Source: a virus (lineage: Duplodnaviria > Caudoviricetes). From it: a DNA stretch of 64,000 nucleotides. The notes under the pieces were generated by a model that saw nothing but the letters and a program-made list of their open reading frames with translations, did not search any database and had not been told where the DNA came from. The position numbers were made by a program, and so were the translations under genes. Below, one piece after another: positions 9,819 to 20,122 of the stretch; position 1 is the first letter of the stretch; each line of letters begins with the position of its first letter. The stretch covers positions 32,001 through 96,000 of the IMG/VR virus record IMGVR_UViG_3300031088_000782; one strand, 5' to 3'.

Positions 9819-10688
9819 ATGGTTAATACAACAAGCAGCTCACGTTCAAAAAGAATTGCAGAAGAATTCAAACAGAATCAAGAGCAAGCAAAAAATCAAG
9901 ATTATCAAATTGGTGCAGCGCAACTCACTGTTGATGAGAAGTTGAAATTTCTGGAAGAGACTGGTCGGGAAGAAATGATCGATTTGTTCAAAGAATGGAA
10001 GCCTCGCGTATCTAATAGAAAAAAACGCGGTGCCCCTCTTGATCAGCGTGTCTCTATTACAGTAACAAGCCAAGAGCGTGTTTCTTTGGATAGAGAACTA
10101 AAGACTGTCAAAGCATCTGGAGAAAAAATCAGTATGTCTCAATTTATTAGAAACAGAGCTTTGGGGACAGTAGATATCAATGGCTGGAAAGAAATAGCAG
10201 AAAAAGCATTGAACGAAATTGAAGATACTGTAAAGAACCAGTCAGAATTGAGAAAGTCAAAACTTGCCATTGCTGAAATGTTTGACAATGAAGAGGATCC
10301 TGACGAAGCTTCTCTATATGCAAAACAGATTGATGATATCAACCGAAAACTGAATAAACTTGTAGGACAAAATGAAAAAAGAGCTAATCGCCTGTCAGGA
10401 CGTATGAGTATGCCAGAAGCCGAGACTGTTAAATGGCGTGCTCAAAAACTTTGCGTTTCTTCATCGGATTATTTAAGAATGATGATTTTTGCATTGGAGC
10501 CAGATTCTAACGCTGATTCTCATATGAGTTTAGATGCAAAAAGAAGATTTTATTTGTCGATTATGGAGGTCGCTAAAAATGGATGGGGAACACCTCCTAC
10601 TATTTACGAGTGCTCACAATGCCAGAATTATATGGATGAAATCAGAAAACTTCGTCAAGAGAATGAACAATTGAGAAAATTTTCTTAA
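9819..10688 (+). CDS. MobC-like protein with two ribbon-helix-helix motifs
   Basis: RVSITVTSQERVSL...ISMSQFIRNRAL and RLSGRMSMPEAETVKWRAQKLCVSSSDYLRMMIF; C-terminal CSQC plus coiled coil. Confidence 0.6.
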   Translation: MVNTTSSSRSKRIAEEFKQNQEQAKNQDYQIGAAQLTVDEKLKFLEETGREEMIDLFKEWKPRVSNRKKRGAPLDQRVSITVTSQERVSLDRELKTVKASGEKISMSQFIRNRALGTVDINGWKEIAEKALNEIEDTVKNQSELRKSKLAIAEMFDNEEDPDEASLYAKQIDDINRKLNKLVGQNEKRANRLSGRMSMPEAETVKWRAQKLCVSSSDYLRMMIFALEPDSNADSHMSLDAKRRFYLSIMEVAKNGWGTPPTIYECSQCQNYMDEIRKLRQENEQLRKFS

Positions 10689-10753
10689 GATATATAGAAA
10701 AGAGATTACTTGATATTAGTATTAACGATCTTATAAATAGGGAAGTACAGACC

Positions 10754-11329
10754 ATGCTTAAGAAATTAACGAAAAAGCTCAATTCGGACAAAGGCGATTC
10801 TCTTGTGTCTACAATTATCATTTTTCCTTTGATGATTATCATGCTTGTCACAGCAATTGACTTCAGTATATATATGGCTAACCGTGGTCAGATACAAGGC
10901 ATTGCGAGAGACGGGGCACGAACTGTTGCTATCATGGGTGGCAATGGAACAAATAAACAGGGAACGGCAATTGAGGCTAAATACGGTAATGCTAGAAGCG
11001 AATCGTGTGCTGGGTTGGAATCTGAAGCATTCACAAGTAAGTCTACTTCTATAGAATGTAACATTATCAGAAATTTAGAAAATTATAAAGGTTTGGTCAA
11101 TGTTGAGATTAAAGCTGTAAAATGTACTCCACAAAAGGCTAATTTCATTGGACAGCGAGTTTCTTGTGAAATTTCTTGGAAGTATGGCGGAATTCCTGGT
11201 TCTACTATGACTTTGATGAGAAATGCCGCATCGTTCAACTCTGATCCTGCTTTACAGGGATTGAATACGACAGCTGGTTCTTCTGAGTCAGAGGTTAATT
11301 TGAACGGTGTCAGTTTGGTAAATAGGTGA
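10754..11329 (+). CDS. TadE-like pseudopilin
   Basis: KG|DSLVSTIIIFPL hydrophobic helix, AID, ARDGARTVA signature; Cys-containing C-terminal domain. Confidence 0.7.
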   Translation: MLKKLTKKLNSDKGDSLVSTIIIFPLMIIMLVTAIDFSIYMANRGQIQGIARDGARTVAIMGGNGTNKQGTAIEAKYGNARSESCAGLESEAFTSKSTSIECNIIRNLENYKGLVNVEIKAVKCTPQKANFIGQRVSCEISWKYGGIPGSTMTLMRNAASFNSDPALQGLNTTAGSSESEVNLNGVSLVNR

Positions 11330-11940
11330 TGATGAAATTGTTAAATTATTTTATTAGCAAAAACAAAAGTGATCGCGGCGATACGCTTGTCATGTTTATA
11401 GTAAGTATTCCTTTCATTATGATCCTTATGGGTTTTTCCGTAAATATTAATCAACAGATAAACAGCGGAATTGAAAACAAAGCAATGGCTCAAACCTCTG
11501 TTGAAACAGCGGTAAAAAGAGTTGACTCACAAGGTAGTTTAAATACTGCTTCTGTGCAAAGCTTTGTTAATGAGTATCGAATCCAAACGGGTGATTCTTC
11601 AATAAAAAGCGGAAGCACGAGCGAATCTCAAGCATATAGGTCACCTGTATGCAGTAAAGCTGAAGTTGATGGAGTTGAAAGAGAGATGCCTTACATGATT
11701 GTCAAGTTAGGGTCTGAACGCGGAGTTGAAAAAACTCAATCTTCTACTTGGGTGATTGAAGGCTTGAACAATGATGAAGTAGAACAGAGAGATTTGGGCA
11801 ACACTCGTTATCGTGTTATCTCTGCAACAGTATATAACACAACAACAAGTTTGTGGGGTGCAGTTGGATTGTCTGATTGCCAGATGCACAAATCGGAAGT
11901 TTCAGCTATTGCCTTCGGAAGCAATGCTGACTTGAATTAA
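11326..11940 (+). CDS. TadE/TadG-like pseudopilin
   Basis: RG|DTLVMFIVSIPFIMILMGFSVN prepilin-like N-terminus; overlaps the preceding pilin-like gene by 4 nt. Confidence 0.55.
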   Translation: MMMKLLNYFISKNKSDRGDTLVMFIVSIPFIMILMGFSVNINQQINSGIENKAMAQTSVETAVKRVDSQGSLNTASVQSFVNEYRIQTGDSSIKSGSTSESQAYRSPVCSKAEVDGVEREMPYMIVKLGSERGVEKTQSSTWVIEGLNNDEVEQRDLGNTRYRVISATVYNTTTSLWGAVGLSDCQMHKSEVSAIAFGSNADLN

Positions 11941-11949
11941 TATTTTTTA

Positions 11950-11986
11950 AAAAAAGAAGTTTACATCACTTCTTTTTTGATAGAAT
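11950..11986 (+). promoter_or_regulatory. Short hairpin followed by an extended -10 (TG-A-TAGAAT) upstream of phoH2
   Basis: aaaaaagaagt / acttctttttt inverted repeat; TAGAAT at 11981-11986 preceded by TGA. Confidence 0.45.
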
Positions 11987-12153
11987 GATTTCAAATTGAA
12001 TATAGTAAGTTTTAATTATTATTAGTTTTCAACATGAAAGGAGATGGCTGTCAAAGGTTATCTCTTTTTGTGTTTTGAATTAGAAAAGGTATATAAGAAC
12101 GCTATTCCGAAAAGCGGTTTAGCTGTACCGAGTAATAGATAGGATAACTAAAA

Positions 12154-13581
12154 ATGGTGAATGATTCCAGAAATATAACAGTCCCACTATCGGAATCTCT
12201 CAAAGGTAAGTATGTTGTTGCTGATACATCCTCACTTTTGATGGCTGGAACAGGAATGTTGAGCATTATGAAGGGATGCTTTTTGATTATTCCAGCAATT
12301 GTTGTTCAGGAACTTGAAGATAAAAGAGCGCATTCAACTATAGGATTTCTTGCAAGAGAATGGTTGAGGTTACTGGAGGACAATCGAGTAAAACACGGTT
12401 TGGAGTTATCCAAAGGAATTGATCTTGAAGATCATGGATTATCTATTCAAGTTGAACCGAACCATTCTAATCAAGGGTCTCTCCCTGTTCATCTTCAAAA
12501 TGGAACGCATGACAGCACTGTTCTTGCTGTAGCGAACAACCTTTTGCAAGAAGGTAAAGAGGTCGTTCTTTTGTCCAACGATATGCCTATGCGACTTCAT
12601 GCCACTTTGGACTTAAAGATCGATGCTTATGAATTCAATGCAACACAGATTATTGGAGCGAAAGATTTCGATGGTCGATACAAAGTTTCTCTTACTGATG
12701 AAGAATATGCTGAAATTTGCGAAAGTGGAACTCGACATAACCAAGATCTTCACGAAGCTGTAATGAAAAAGTTGCCGAAAAACCACTCTAAGAATGCTTT
12801 TATCGAAGTTGTTCTTGAAGGAAATAGCGTTTTGTTTGAAATGATTTTGACAGACGAAAGGCTATCTGAAGTTGGACATAAAGGTAAGGCTTTCGGTATC
12901 ACTGCAAGAACTCGTGAACAAGACGTTGCTCTGGAGTACTTAAAGAAGTCAGCTAAAGATCTTCCTATTGTTTCTATCGGTGGTGGAGCCGGAACAGGAA
13001 AGACTCTTCTGACTATTGCGAATGGGCTTGAACAGTTGAAAGCTGGAGCTTACCAAAAAGTTATTGTATTCCGTTCTCTTCATGAGATGGGTGCAGGACA
13101 GGAAATGGGATTCTTACCAGGTGGTGTTGATGAAAAGATGAATGCTTGGGCTGGAGCAATTTATGATGCTCTTGATGTTTTAGCGGCAAAGAAAAAACCA
13201 TTGAAAAAGAATTCTGGCGTTCATGGACAGGTAGCTCAGAAAGAAGAAGCTGAAAAGCTTCGTGACATGATTGAAATTTCTCCAATTACCTATCTACGTG
13301 GTCGTTCTTTGGCAAACACTTACATGGTTTTGGAAGAAGCTCAAAACTTCTCTCGTTCTGAGATTCTGAATATTCTTTCTCGCGCTGGAGAGGGGTCAAA
13401 GATTATTCTTACTTTCGATGCCGCTCAGGTAGATAACAGATTCTTGCAGGCAGGTAAGAATGCTGATATTTGGTCAGTGATTGAAACCCTTAAAGACGAA
13501 AATCTTTTTGCCCATATTACACTGAAAAAGACTGAACGATCACAAGTTGCTGAACTAGCTTCTCGTATTCTTGAAAAATAA
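12154..13581 (+). CDS. phoH2: PhoH2-type PIN ribonuclease plus PhoH ATPase fusion
   Basis: PIN YVVADTSSLL...VVQELE...DSTVL...LLSNDMPMR; Walker A GGAGTGKT; MGFLPG; YLRGRSL; LEEAQN; LSRAGEGSK; D..QVDN. Confidence 0.9.
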   Translation: MVNDSRNITVPLSESLKGKYVVADTSSLLMAGTGMLSIMKGCFLIIPAIVVQELEDKRAHSTIGFLAREWLRLLEDNRVKHGLELSKGIDLEDHGLSIQVEPNHSNQGSLPVHLQNGTHDSTVLAVANNLLQEGKEVVLLSNDMPMRLHATLDLKIDAYEFNATQIIGAKDFDGRYKVSLTDEEYAEICESGTRHNQDLHEAVMKKLPKNHSKNAFIEVVLEGNSVLFEMILTDERLSEVGHKGKAFGITARTREQDVALEYLKKSAKDLPIVSIGGGAGTGKTLLTIANGLEQLKAGAYQKVIVFRSLHEMGAGQEMGFLPGGVDEKMNAWAGAIYDALDVLAAKKKPLKKNSGVHGQVAQKEEAEKLRDMIEISPITYLRGRSLANTYMVLEEAQNFSRSEILNILSRAGEGSKIILTFDAAQVDNRFLQAGKNADIWSVIETLKDENLFAHITLKKTERSQVAELASRILEK

Positions 13582-13610
13582 TTTTTGAATAAAGTCAAGT
13601 AGTTCATTTT

Positions 13611-13654
13611 CGGGCTGCAGTTGATATTCTTCATAGGATATCAACTGCAGCCCG
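13611..13654. terminator. 20-bp GC-rich hairpin terminator after phoH2
   Basis: cgggctgcagttgatattct / aggatatcaactgcagcccg with a 4-nt loop, followed by cagtttttt. Confidence 0.8.
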
Positions 13655-13715
13655 CAGTTTTTTAGAAAAGCTTGTGCAAGAGTTTTAATAGTCATATATG
13701 ATTGTGGAGTTATGA

Positions 13716-16700
13716 TTGATGAGTAAAAGACTTGATTCTTCTTATATAGAGAATGAGAATAAAATAAATGCCGCTATGGTGAATAACCGAAAGGCTCCTT
13801 TTGCTGTCGCAATTTCAGCATCTCTTGCTTTTGCTGTACTTATGATGATGTTCCAACCATTCTTAATGACTTTATTCAAAAATGATTCTACAACACAAAA
13901 CAACAGTATAGTAACAACTAACTCTACTCTTGCTGAAGCCGGTGAACCAGGATGGTTCTGCAGTGATAAATTCGGCGGAGGAATGAATTCTAAATCAACT
14001 TGGGAAGGCCCATTAGACATTAAAGTATATCCTGAAAAGGGAAGCCGAGAGGTCACTATTCAAGAAGCTTTAGGTGCTGGTTTAGCATTTGTCACTTATG
14101 ACGGCGAAGGCGAAGCCAAAGATCGCATGTTTGTTAAGGGAAAAGAAAAACCAAAACCTGGTGATAAAGTTTTCGGCAGCAGTGAAGCTAAATTTGACAA
14201 ACTCTTTGAAAAGAATAAATCAAAATTAGAAAAGGAAAGAACTCTTGGTAAATGTTTGGGCGGAGTCTTTGTTCCTAACATAGCAAATGCTGTTATGTGG
14301 GTTTCAAGTAGTGTGACAAAAATTGCTCAGTTTACAGCTGTTATGGTATTCAACGGTAATTTGATCTGCGAAAAACCAGGTAAGGGTGGAGCGTGTTTGG
14401 ATCTTATCGGAATTATTGGTGGTAAAGGTTCAAGTGACGGAGGAATTATTGGTGTTCTTACATCAAGCATCTACTACCCTCTGTTGATTATAGCTGTAGC
14501 GATCACAGGTTTGTGGGTCTTGAAGAGAGGTCTTGTTGACAGGAAGCTTCGAGAATCCTTATTTGGCGCATTATGGATGTGCTTGTCGGTGATTATAGGT
14601 CTTGCATTGTTGTTGAATCCACTTCTTATCACTAAAGCTCCAATGGCTGTTTCAAATGTCGTTTCAACATGTGTTATTGGGGCTTTTAATGGTAAAAACT
14701 GTTTTGACTCAAGCGGTGGAAATTCTGTCAAATATGAAGATGGAGATTCAACTTCTGAAAAAGTTTGCCGAAGCAGTTCAGATCAGGCAAGTATTAATGA
14801 ACAAATGACATTCACTACTTCATCTATTACTTGTAGTATTTGGCGAGCATTCATTCTTGAGCCATATGCACAGGGTTCTTTTGGAACTTCATTCAATGAT
14901 CTTGATGTCAAAGCTAATCCACAATTGAATAAATTGATTAAAGATCAGGGGCTTGATCCTAACATTTTCTGTGTTAATCTTGCAACTACAAAATCTTTGG
15001 ATTCTATGAATGGTAAATACATTCAATTGAATAGTACCAAAAACAAGGTATGCAACCTTGCAGCTTACCAAATGTATTTGAAGACACAAGCAACAACAAG
15101 TGGCGATAAGAACGTCTCTGATGTGGATTACAAATGGTACAGAGTTATCATGGTAGCAGCTGCTGATGAGGGATTGTGGGCTAACTGGACTAACACAGCA
15201 GGATCTGCATTCAATAAAATGACAGTTTCAAGCATTTCTCTGTTTGCATCAGGATTGGGAACATTTATTATTTTCATTACATCAATTTTTGCTCTTGTTT
15301 ATTACATTTCCTCAATCCTACTTATGGCTTTTGCTCCAGTATTCTTCTTAATGGGTGTTCATCCCGGTAGAGGAAAGAGGATTCTTTTGGGATGGCTTGA
15401 AAAAGTTATTTCAAATGTTCTGAAATATATGGCTTCTGCGGTGTTCCTTATTGTTACTATCTCGATTTATGGTGGAATTCTGTCATCTATCAGCAATATT
15501 GGATTAACTTTGATTTTCATTATCATCGTTACTATGGCTTTGTTTATGTATCGCTCTGAACTTATTGATTTAATAGGAAGGGCAAATATGGGAGGAGAGA
15601 AGATTTCTAGCTCTCTTTCTGAGAAGCTTGGTAACTCCACTAAGGGTGCCTTGAAGTTTGCTGGTTCAACTGCGGTTGCTGGAGCTGGTGGTGTTGCTGG
15701 CGCAGCTTTGACAAGCGATGGAATGAAGGTTAGCAATCCATTCAAGAAGGGTGGGTTCGAAGAACTTAGGAAAAACAGCAGTGAGCTTCGAAAAGACATG
15801 TCTGCTGGCTTTAAAGATGGTATTAAACGTGAAACTAAGCGTAATCCAGGATTCATTGGAAATGTTGCTCGACAATATGACCGTAACACTGTTGACAACA
15901 AGCAAGACTTGAGAAGCAAGAGGGATCGTGCTGCTGAAGCTGAAGAAGCTGCGGAGAAAGCATATAATGAGAAACGTGATGATTACCAAGAAGTCTTGGA
16001 CAGACAATCCAAGTTCAATTTTGACTCTAATGCGGATAAAGCAGATTTGAAATCTCTTGAAGACAGCCATGAGAACATTAAGAATGTAGAGAATAAAACC
16101 CTTAATGATTTCAGGGGCAAGGCTGACAGAAATTATGCTCAAGAAAAACAAAGAATTGACAGATCTGATATGCTTGATGAAGACAGAATAAAACATCTTA
16201 ACAATATTGCTATCCAAAGAGATGAAAGCCATAATTTTGCTCAACTTCAAGAATTAGTCAACGCTATGCGAGACAATAAGATTCAACTTGACGTAGCAGT
16301 TCGAACAGGTAATGTTGATGAGCAGAATAGACTTAAATCTGAAATTAATTCTCAACAAAGTCAAGCAGGTGAGCTTCGTTCAAAGATTTCTGAAAGAAAT
16401 TACAACCGATTCACAAGAGAATATGGTAATGCCATGAACACTCAAAGAGACATTGGTGCTATTGACACTCTTGATGATGATATGAAGAACGATTTGGCAA
16501 CAAAGAGAGCAGCAGCTTTAACTTACGAAGATAGACGCAATGAAATTGCTCAACAGCTTAACTACGCAGAAAATGAGTTGTCTGAAGCTGAGGCAAGACT
16601 TGACAAAGAGAGTCTAGCTAGCAAGCTATATGATGAAAAGTATATTGGTCATCGTCCAGGTGAGGGATTGAACGACAAGAAAGTCAACAAGATTGAAAAA

Positions 16701-17360
16701 GAGCTGAAGCAACATCAGAATGTCTATAATGACAGAAGGGATAGAGAAATTGCTGCGAATCAAGAAAAGTATGAGAAAACTGTGAATGGAGAAAATGAAT
16801 CACAATCATCTAATTCTTCATCTGGTTCATCAAGAGGGTCGAACAATGAAAACTATTTTGATAAAAATGATGTTGATTTAGTCGAAAAACAGGATATTCG
16901 TCAAATTGTGACTCCACCTAAACCTAGTTCTTCTCCGACAAACCATTTGCCAGATAAGCCTAGCTCTGCTCCAACTAATCATATTCCAAATAAGCCGACT
17001 AAAGCACCAACTAATCATTTGCCACCTAAACCTACTAAGGAACCGGACGCACATAAAATTCCACCTAAGCCTACTAACTTACCTTCTGCTCCAAGAGGGC
17101 AAGATGCAGATAACGTTAGAAGGGCTGAAGCCAGAATTAATAAGGATGACAGTTTTTCAAGAAAAGACAGCAGTAAATCCAACTTTGAAAACAAATTGTC
17201 AAACAAAGAAAACGACAAAGGCAGCGGTAAAGGCGGAAATGGAAACAGGGGAAGCAATTCGTTAGCAGATATTGCCAAACGAAGAGAAGAGATTAGAAAT
17301 AAAAATAACCCCAGTTCCCGACCTGATGACAATGGTAGCGGAAACGGGAATAAGTTCTGA
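13716..17360 (+). CDS. Giant VirB6/TcpH-like polytopic membrane protein, paralog 1 (1214 aa)
   Basis: Multiple TM clusters; SIWRAFILEPYAQGSFG; MAFAPVFFLMGVHPGRG; long coiled-coil cytoplasmic tail. Confidence 0.65.
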   Translation: MMSKRLDSSYIENENKINAAMVNNRKAPFAVAISASLAFAVLMMMFQPFLMTLFKNDSTTQNNSIVTTNSTLAEAGEPGWFCSDKFGGGMNSKSTWEGPLDIKVYPEKGSREVTIQEALGAGLAFVTYDGEGEAKDRMFVKGKEKPKPGDKVFGSSEAKFDKLFEKNKSKLEKERTLGKCLGGVFVPNIANAVMWVSSSVTKIAQFTAVMVFNGNLICEKPGKGGACLDLIGIIGGKGSSDGGIIGVLTSSIYYPLLIIAVAITGLWVLKRGLVDRKLRESLFGALWMCLSVIIGLALLLNPLLITKAPMAVSNVVSTCVIGAFNGKNCFDSSGGNSVKYEDGDSTSEKVCRSSSDQASINEQMTFTTSSITCSIWRAFILEPYAQGSFGTSFNDLDVKANPQLNKLIKDQGLDPNIFCVNLATTKSLDSMNGKYIQLNSTKNKVCNLAAYQMYLKTQATTSGDKNVSDVDYKWYRVIMVAAADEGLWANWTNTAGSAFNKMTVSSISLFASGLGTFIIFITSIFALVYYISSILLMAFAPVFFLMGVHPGRGKRILLGWLEKVISNVLKYMASAVFLIVTISIYGGILSSISNIGLTLIFIIIVTMALFMYRSELIDLIGRANMGGEKISSSLSEKLGNSTKGALKFAGSTAVAGAGGVAGAALTSDGMKVSNPFKKGGFEELRKNSSELRKDMSAGFKDGIKRETKRNPGFIGNVARQYDRNTVDNKQDLRSKRDRAAEAEEAAEKAYNEKRDDYQEVLDRQSKFNFDSNADKADLKSLEDSHENIKNVENKTLNDFRGKADRNYAQEKQRIDRSDMLDEDRIKHLNNIAIQRDESHNFAQLQELVNAMRDNKIQLDVAVRTGNVDEQNRLKSEINSQQSQAGELRSKISERNYNRFTREYGNAMNTQRDIGAIDTLDDDMKNDLATKRAAALTYEDRRNEIAQQLNYAENELSEAEARLDKESLASKLYDEKYIGHRPGEGLNDKKVNKIEKELKQHQNVYNDRRDREIAANQEKYEKTVNGENESQSSNSSSGSSRGSNNENYFDKNDVDLVEKQDIRQIVTPPKPSSSPTNHLPDKPSSAPTNHIPNKPTKAPTNHLPPKPTKEPDAHKIPPKPTNLPSAPRGQDADNVRRAEARINKDDSFSRKDSSKSNFENKLSNKENDKGSGKGGNGNRGSNSLADIAKRREEIRNKNNPSSRPDDNGSGNGNKF
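16920..17090 (+). repeat. In-frame tandem repeat of about 36 bp encoding KP(S/T)xxPTNH(L/I)Px
   Basis: KPSSSPTNHLPD KPSSAPTNHIPN KPTKAPTNHLPP KPTKEPDAHKIPP KPTNLP. Confidence 0.8.
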
Positions 17361-17414
17361 AAGATGATTGAATTTTGAAAAATATTATTAAGATTAAACA
17401 ATCATCTTTCAGAA
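17355..17414. terminator. Perfect 16-bp inverted repeat with a 28-nt spacer
   Basis: ttctgaaagatgattg (17355-17370) / caatcatctttcagaa (17399-17414). Confidence 0.6.
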
Positions 17415-17433
17415 CACAAAACAAGGAGTAAAA

Positions 17434-19128
17434 ATGGCGGAAGAAAAGCCTACTGGACAGGGTCAAGGGAACGAATCATCTAAAAATAATGATAACACTA
17501 ATAAGCAACCCCAAAGTGGCTCTCCTTCTGCTAAAAACAACAATCCAAATGGCACAAATGGCTCTGAGGGCAACATAAAGGCACCAAGAAACGCTTTTGA
17601 TGTAGCTAAACAAGCAACATCAGATCCGGCAGACGAAAAAGGCTCAGAGGGGCAAAAAGGGAAAACTGACATATCTAAAAATATGAAAACAACAGCAGAC
17701 ATTGCTAAAGATCCTAAAAAGGGATTAACAAATGCTGTTAAAGATAAAGGTATGGAAGTTGCTAAAAAAGCGGGCCAAGGAGCAGCTCCCGAAAGCGTTC
17801 AAAAGGGTATGGAAGTCGCTCAAAAAGCTACAGACATTGCCATGAAAGCGAAAAGCGCTTTTCTTGCAACAAAAGGTGGTATTGCTATTTTCGCCGCAAC
17901 AGTAGCGGATCCTATTTTCTGGATTATCGTTCTTGTCATTCTTGTTATTATTATTTTGATTATTGGCATTGTAGGAACTGTTCAAGTTGTCGGCAGAACC
18001 GAAAATGGTGATGGCTGTGGCGTGGCTGGAGATAGTGGTGATGGAGTTGAAGCAAAAGATACGGGAAATTGGCTTGAAAACGCAAGTTCAGCCGCTAATT
18101 GGATGATGTCTACGAAGTTCAAATTCTTAGGCGACAAACCTATGACTTTGAATCAAGCTGCTGGCATTATTGGTAACTGGTCACAAGAATCTCGTGTCAG
18201 TCCAAAAATTGTGCAAGGTGGATCTGGGTTGTCTACCGATATGTCAAACGAAGCTCTTATGGGAGTCAGCGGCGGCGGAAAAGCTGTTGGACTGGCACAA
18301 TGGGATGGAGGACGTAGAACAAATTTGGCAAAGTTTGCGAAAAGTCAGGGAAAACACTGGACTGAAATGACTGTTCAACTTGAATTCTTCAAAACTGAAC
18401 TTGAAGGATACGAAGGTTCAAGTCTTGTTGCCGGAGGATTTAATGACCCATCCAAATCAGCTAAAGATTTAGTGCTGATTTTCGAAGAGAAGTTTGAGCG
18501 TGCTGGAAAACCTGCTATGGAAAATCGTTATAAGGGAGCTGAAGATTTCTTGGCTAACTTCAAAGGTGGAGGAAATTACAGCGAAGACACAGGAGGAAGT
18601 TGCCTTACCGCTGGTGAAGGAGATGTTGATACTTCAGATTTGGTAAACCTTGCTATTTCACTCTCCTATCCGACATCTGCAGAATCAAAAGTTGGACCTG
18701 GTGATTCTTATGGACAAAAGAAAGCAAAACCTGAATATAAGTCTGCAAAAGCCGAAGCCGAAAAGGTTGGCGGTAAAGACGGTATGGCTCTTTATGCATC
18801 ATGCGACCGTTTTGTTGCTACTGTGATAAAGCTAACTACAGATAAAGACATTCCTTGGGGATCAACAGCAGAACAAGGAACTTATCTGAAAAATAGCCCT
18901 AAATGGAAGCAATACACAAAGAAATCAGATGCTAAACCTGGCGATATTTGGATTACAAAAACACGAGGACACGTTATTCTTTATTTAGGAAACGTTAAAG
19001 GTAGAGATACCATTGCTCACGCTTCTTATCTTTCTCGTGTGGCTGCTTTGGGTGATGCTAATTATCTTTCAGCTAATCTTGTTGATACTGGTGGTAGAGC
19101 ATATTACGGATATACTTTTGTAGGATAA
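17434..19128 (+). CDS. VirB1/TcpG-like peptidoglycan hydrolase: phage-tail-lysozyme domain plus NlpC/P60-CHAP-like domain
   Basis: TM anchor; AAGIIGNWSQES...GLAQWDGGR..L (phage tail lysozyme type); ASCDRFV and PGDI...GHVILYLG (Cys-His peptidase). Confidence 0.8.
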   Translation: MAEEKPTGQGQGNESSKNNDNTNKQPQSGSPSAKNNNPNGTNGSEGNIKAPRNAFDVAKQATSDPADEKGSEGQKGKTDISKNMKTTADIAKDPKKGLTNAVKDKGMEVAKKAGQGAAPESVQKGMEVAQKATDIAMKAKSAFLATKGGIAIFAATVADPIFWIIVLVILVIIILIIGIVGTVQVVGRTENGDGCGVAGDSGDGVEAKDTGNWLENASSAANWMMSTKFKFLGDKPMTLNQAAGIIGNWSQESRVSPKIVQGGSGLSTDMSNEALMGVSGGGKAVGLAQWDGGRRTNLAKFAKSQGKHWTEMTVQLEFFKTELEGYEGSSLVAGGFNDPSKSAKDLVLIFEEKFERAGKPAMENRYKGAEDFLANFKGGGNYSEDTGGSCLTAGEGDVDTSDLVNLAISLSYPTSAESKVGPGDSYGQKKAKPEYKSAKAEAEKVGGKDGMALYASCDRFVATVIKLTTDKDIPWGSTAEQGTYLKNSPKWKQYTKKSDAKPGDIWITKTRGHVILYLGNVKGRDTIAHASYLSRVAALGDANYLSANLVDTGGRAYYGYTFVG

Positions 19129-19180
19129 TTTTGATTTTTGATATAATTAAAATTATTAAGCAAAAAGTCAAGGGGAAAAA

Positions 19181-20002
19181 ATGGAAAATGATGAAATTAA
19201 TAGCAAAACAGAAAAAAAGCGAATGATAATGCTTATTGCTGGCATTTTCGCTGTTCTTGCTGTTGTTTTAAGTCTTGCATTTGCGTTCATTCCTGATAAT
19301 TCTGACCAAGAAGAGGATATAAAAAGCGAAGTCGTTGTCTCTAAAGAAGATCAACTTATAATAGAAGAACTCTCTTCTTCTATTATGGAAGATATAGGAA
19401 ATTTTGGGGTTGTCACTGACTCTCTCACAGCTGAAAACGCTTTAGATGTTGAATACATTATTGCGCAAACTCCTAATAGCGGAGGAGAGTTTTATACTTC
19501 CAGAAAAAATTCTTATGACAAGATAAGAGAAGACATTCTTAAAGGCTCTCCTATTGATTACTCACCGAAAGTCGCTTCTGAGTGGATTAACGAATCTGAA
19601 ACAGATGGGCTTATTTCCTATGAAATGATTTCTCAAAATTCAACTGCTGTTGAAAAAGGAAGTTATTTGAATTTTAACGGGACAGATGAAGCAGCTGCTT
19701 ATGTTGATGTTAATTTCACCAGTAAAGAAACTATTAGACAAGCTACAGCGGATGATTCAAGTTGGGATGGAAGTTATGACATTCTTGAAAAAACTTTTCC
19801 AAACAATACTTTGCGCATGACGTTTCTCAAAGATGCTAACAATGAATGGAAATTATATTCTTTGATTAATTTGGAAAACAAGTTCCTTTTGTCTACTTGG
19901 GAAACTCCTTCATCTTTTGATACTTATGCAACAACACAATATGATTTCAAAAAAGTCGGAAAGCTTAACAGAGAAAAACCACTTTCTCCGCCTGAAGATT
20001 GA
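19181..20002 (+). CDS. Bitopic membrane protein, possible NTF2/VirB8-like extracellular domain
   Basis: Single N-terminal TM; LRMTFLKDANNEWKLYSL hairpin. Confidence 0.4.
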   Translation: MENDEINSKTEKKRMIMLIAGIFAVLAVVLSLAFAFIPDNSDQEEDIKSEVVVSKEDQLIIEELSSSIMEDIGNFGVVTDSLTAENALDVEYIIAQTPNSGGEFYTSRKNSYDKIREDILKGSPIDYSPKVASEWINESETDGLISYEMISQNSTAVEKGSYLNFNGTDEAAAYVDVNFTSKETIRQATADDSSWDGSYDILEKTFPNNTLRMTFLKDANNEWKLYSLINLENKFLLSTWETPSSFDTYATTQYDFKKVGKLNREKPLSPPED

Positions 20003-20122
20003 TTATATATTATTTTTAAATTTTGGTCAGTAGTCGATATTTTCAGTAGATGAAATATTGAATTGGTATTTTTGAGTAAATTTTTGGTAATATTCTAGAA
20101 TAGGTATTTCTTAGAGAAGGAT

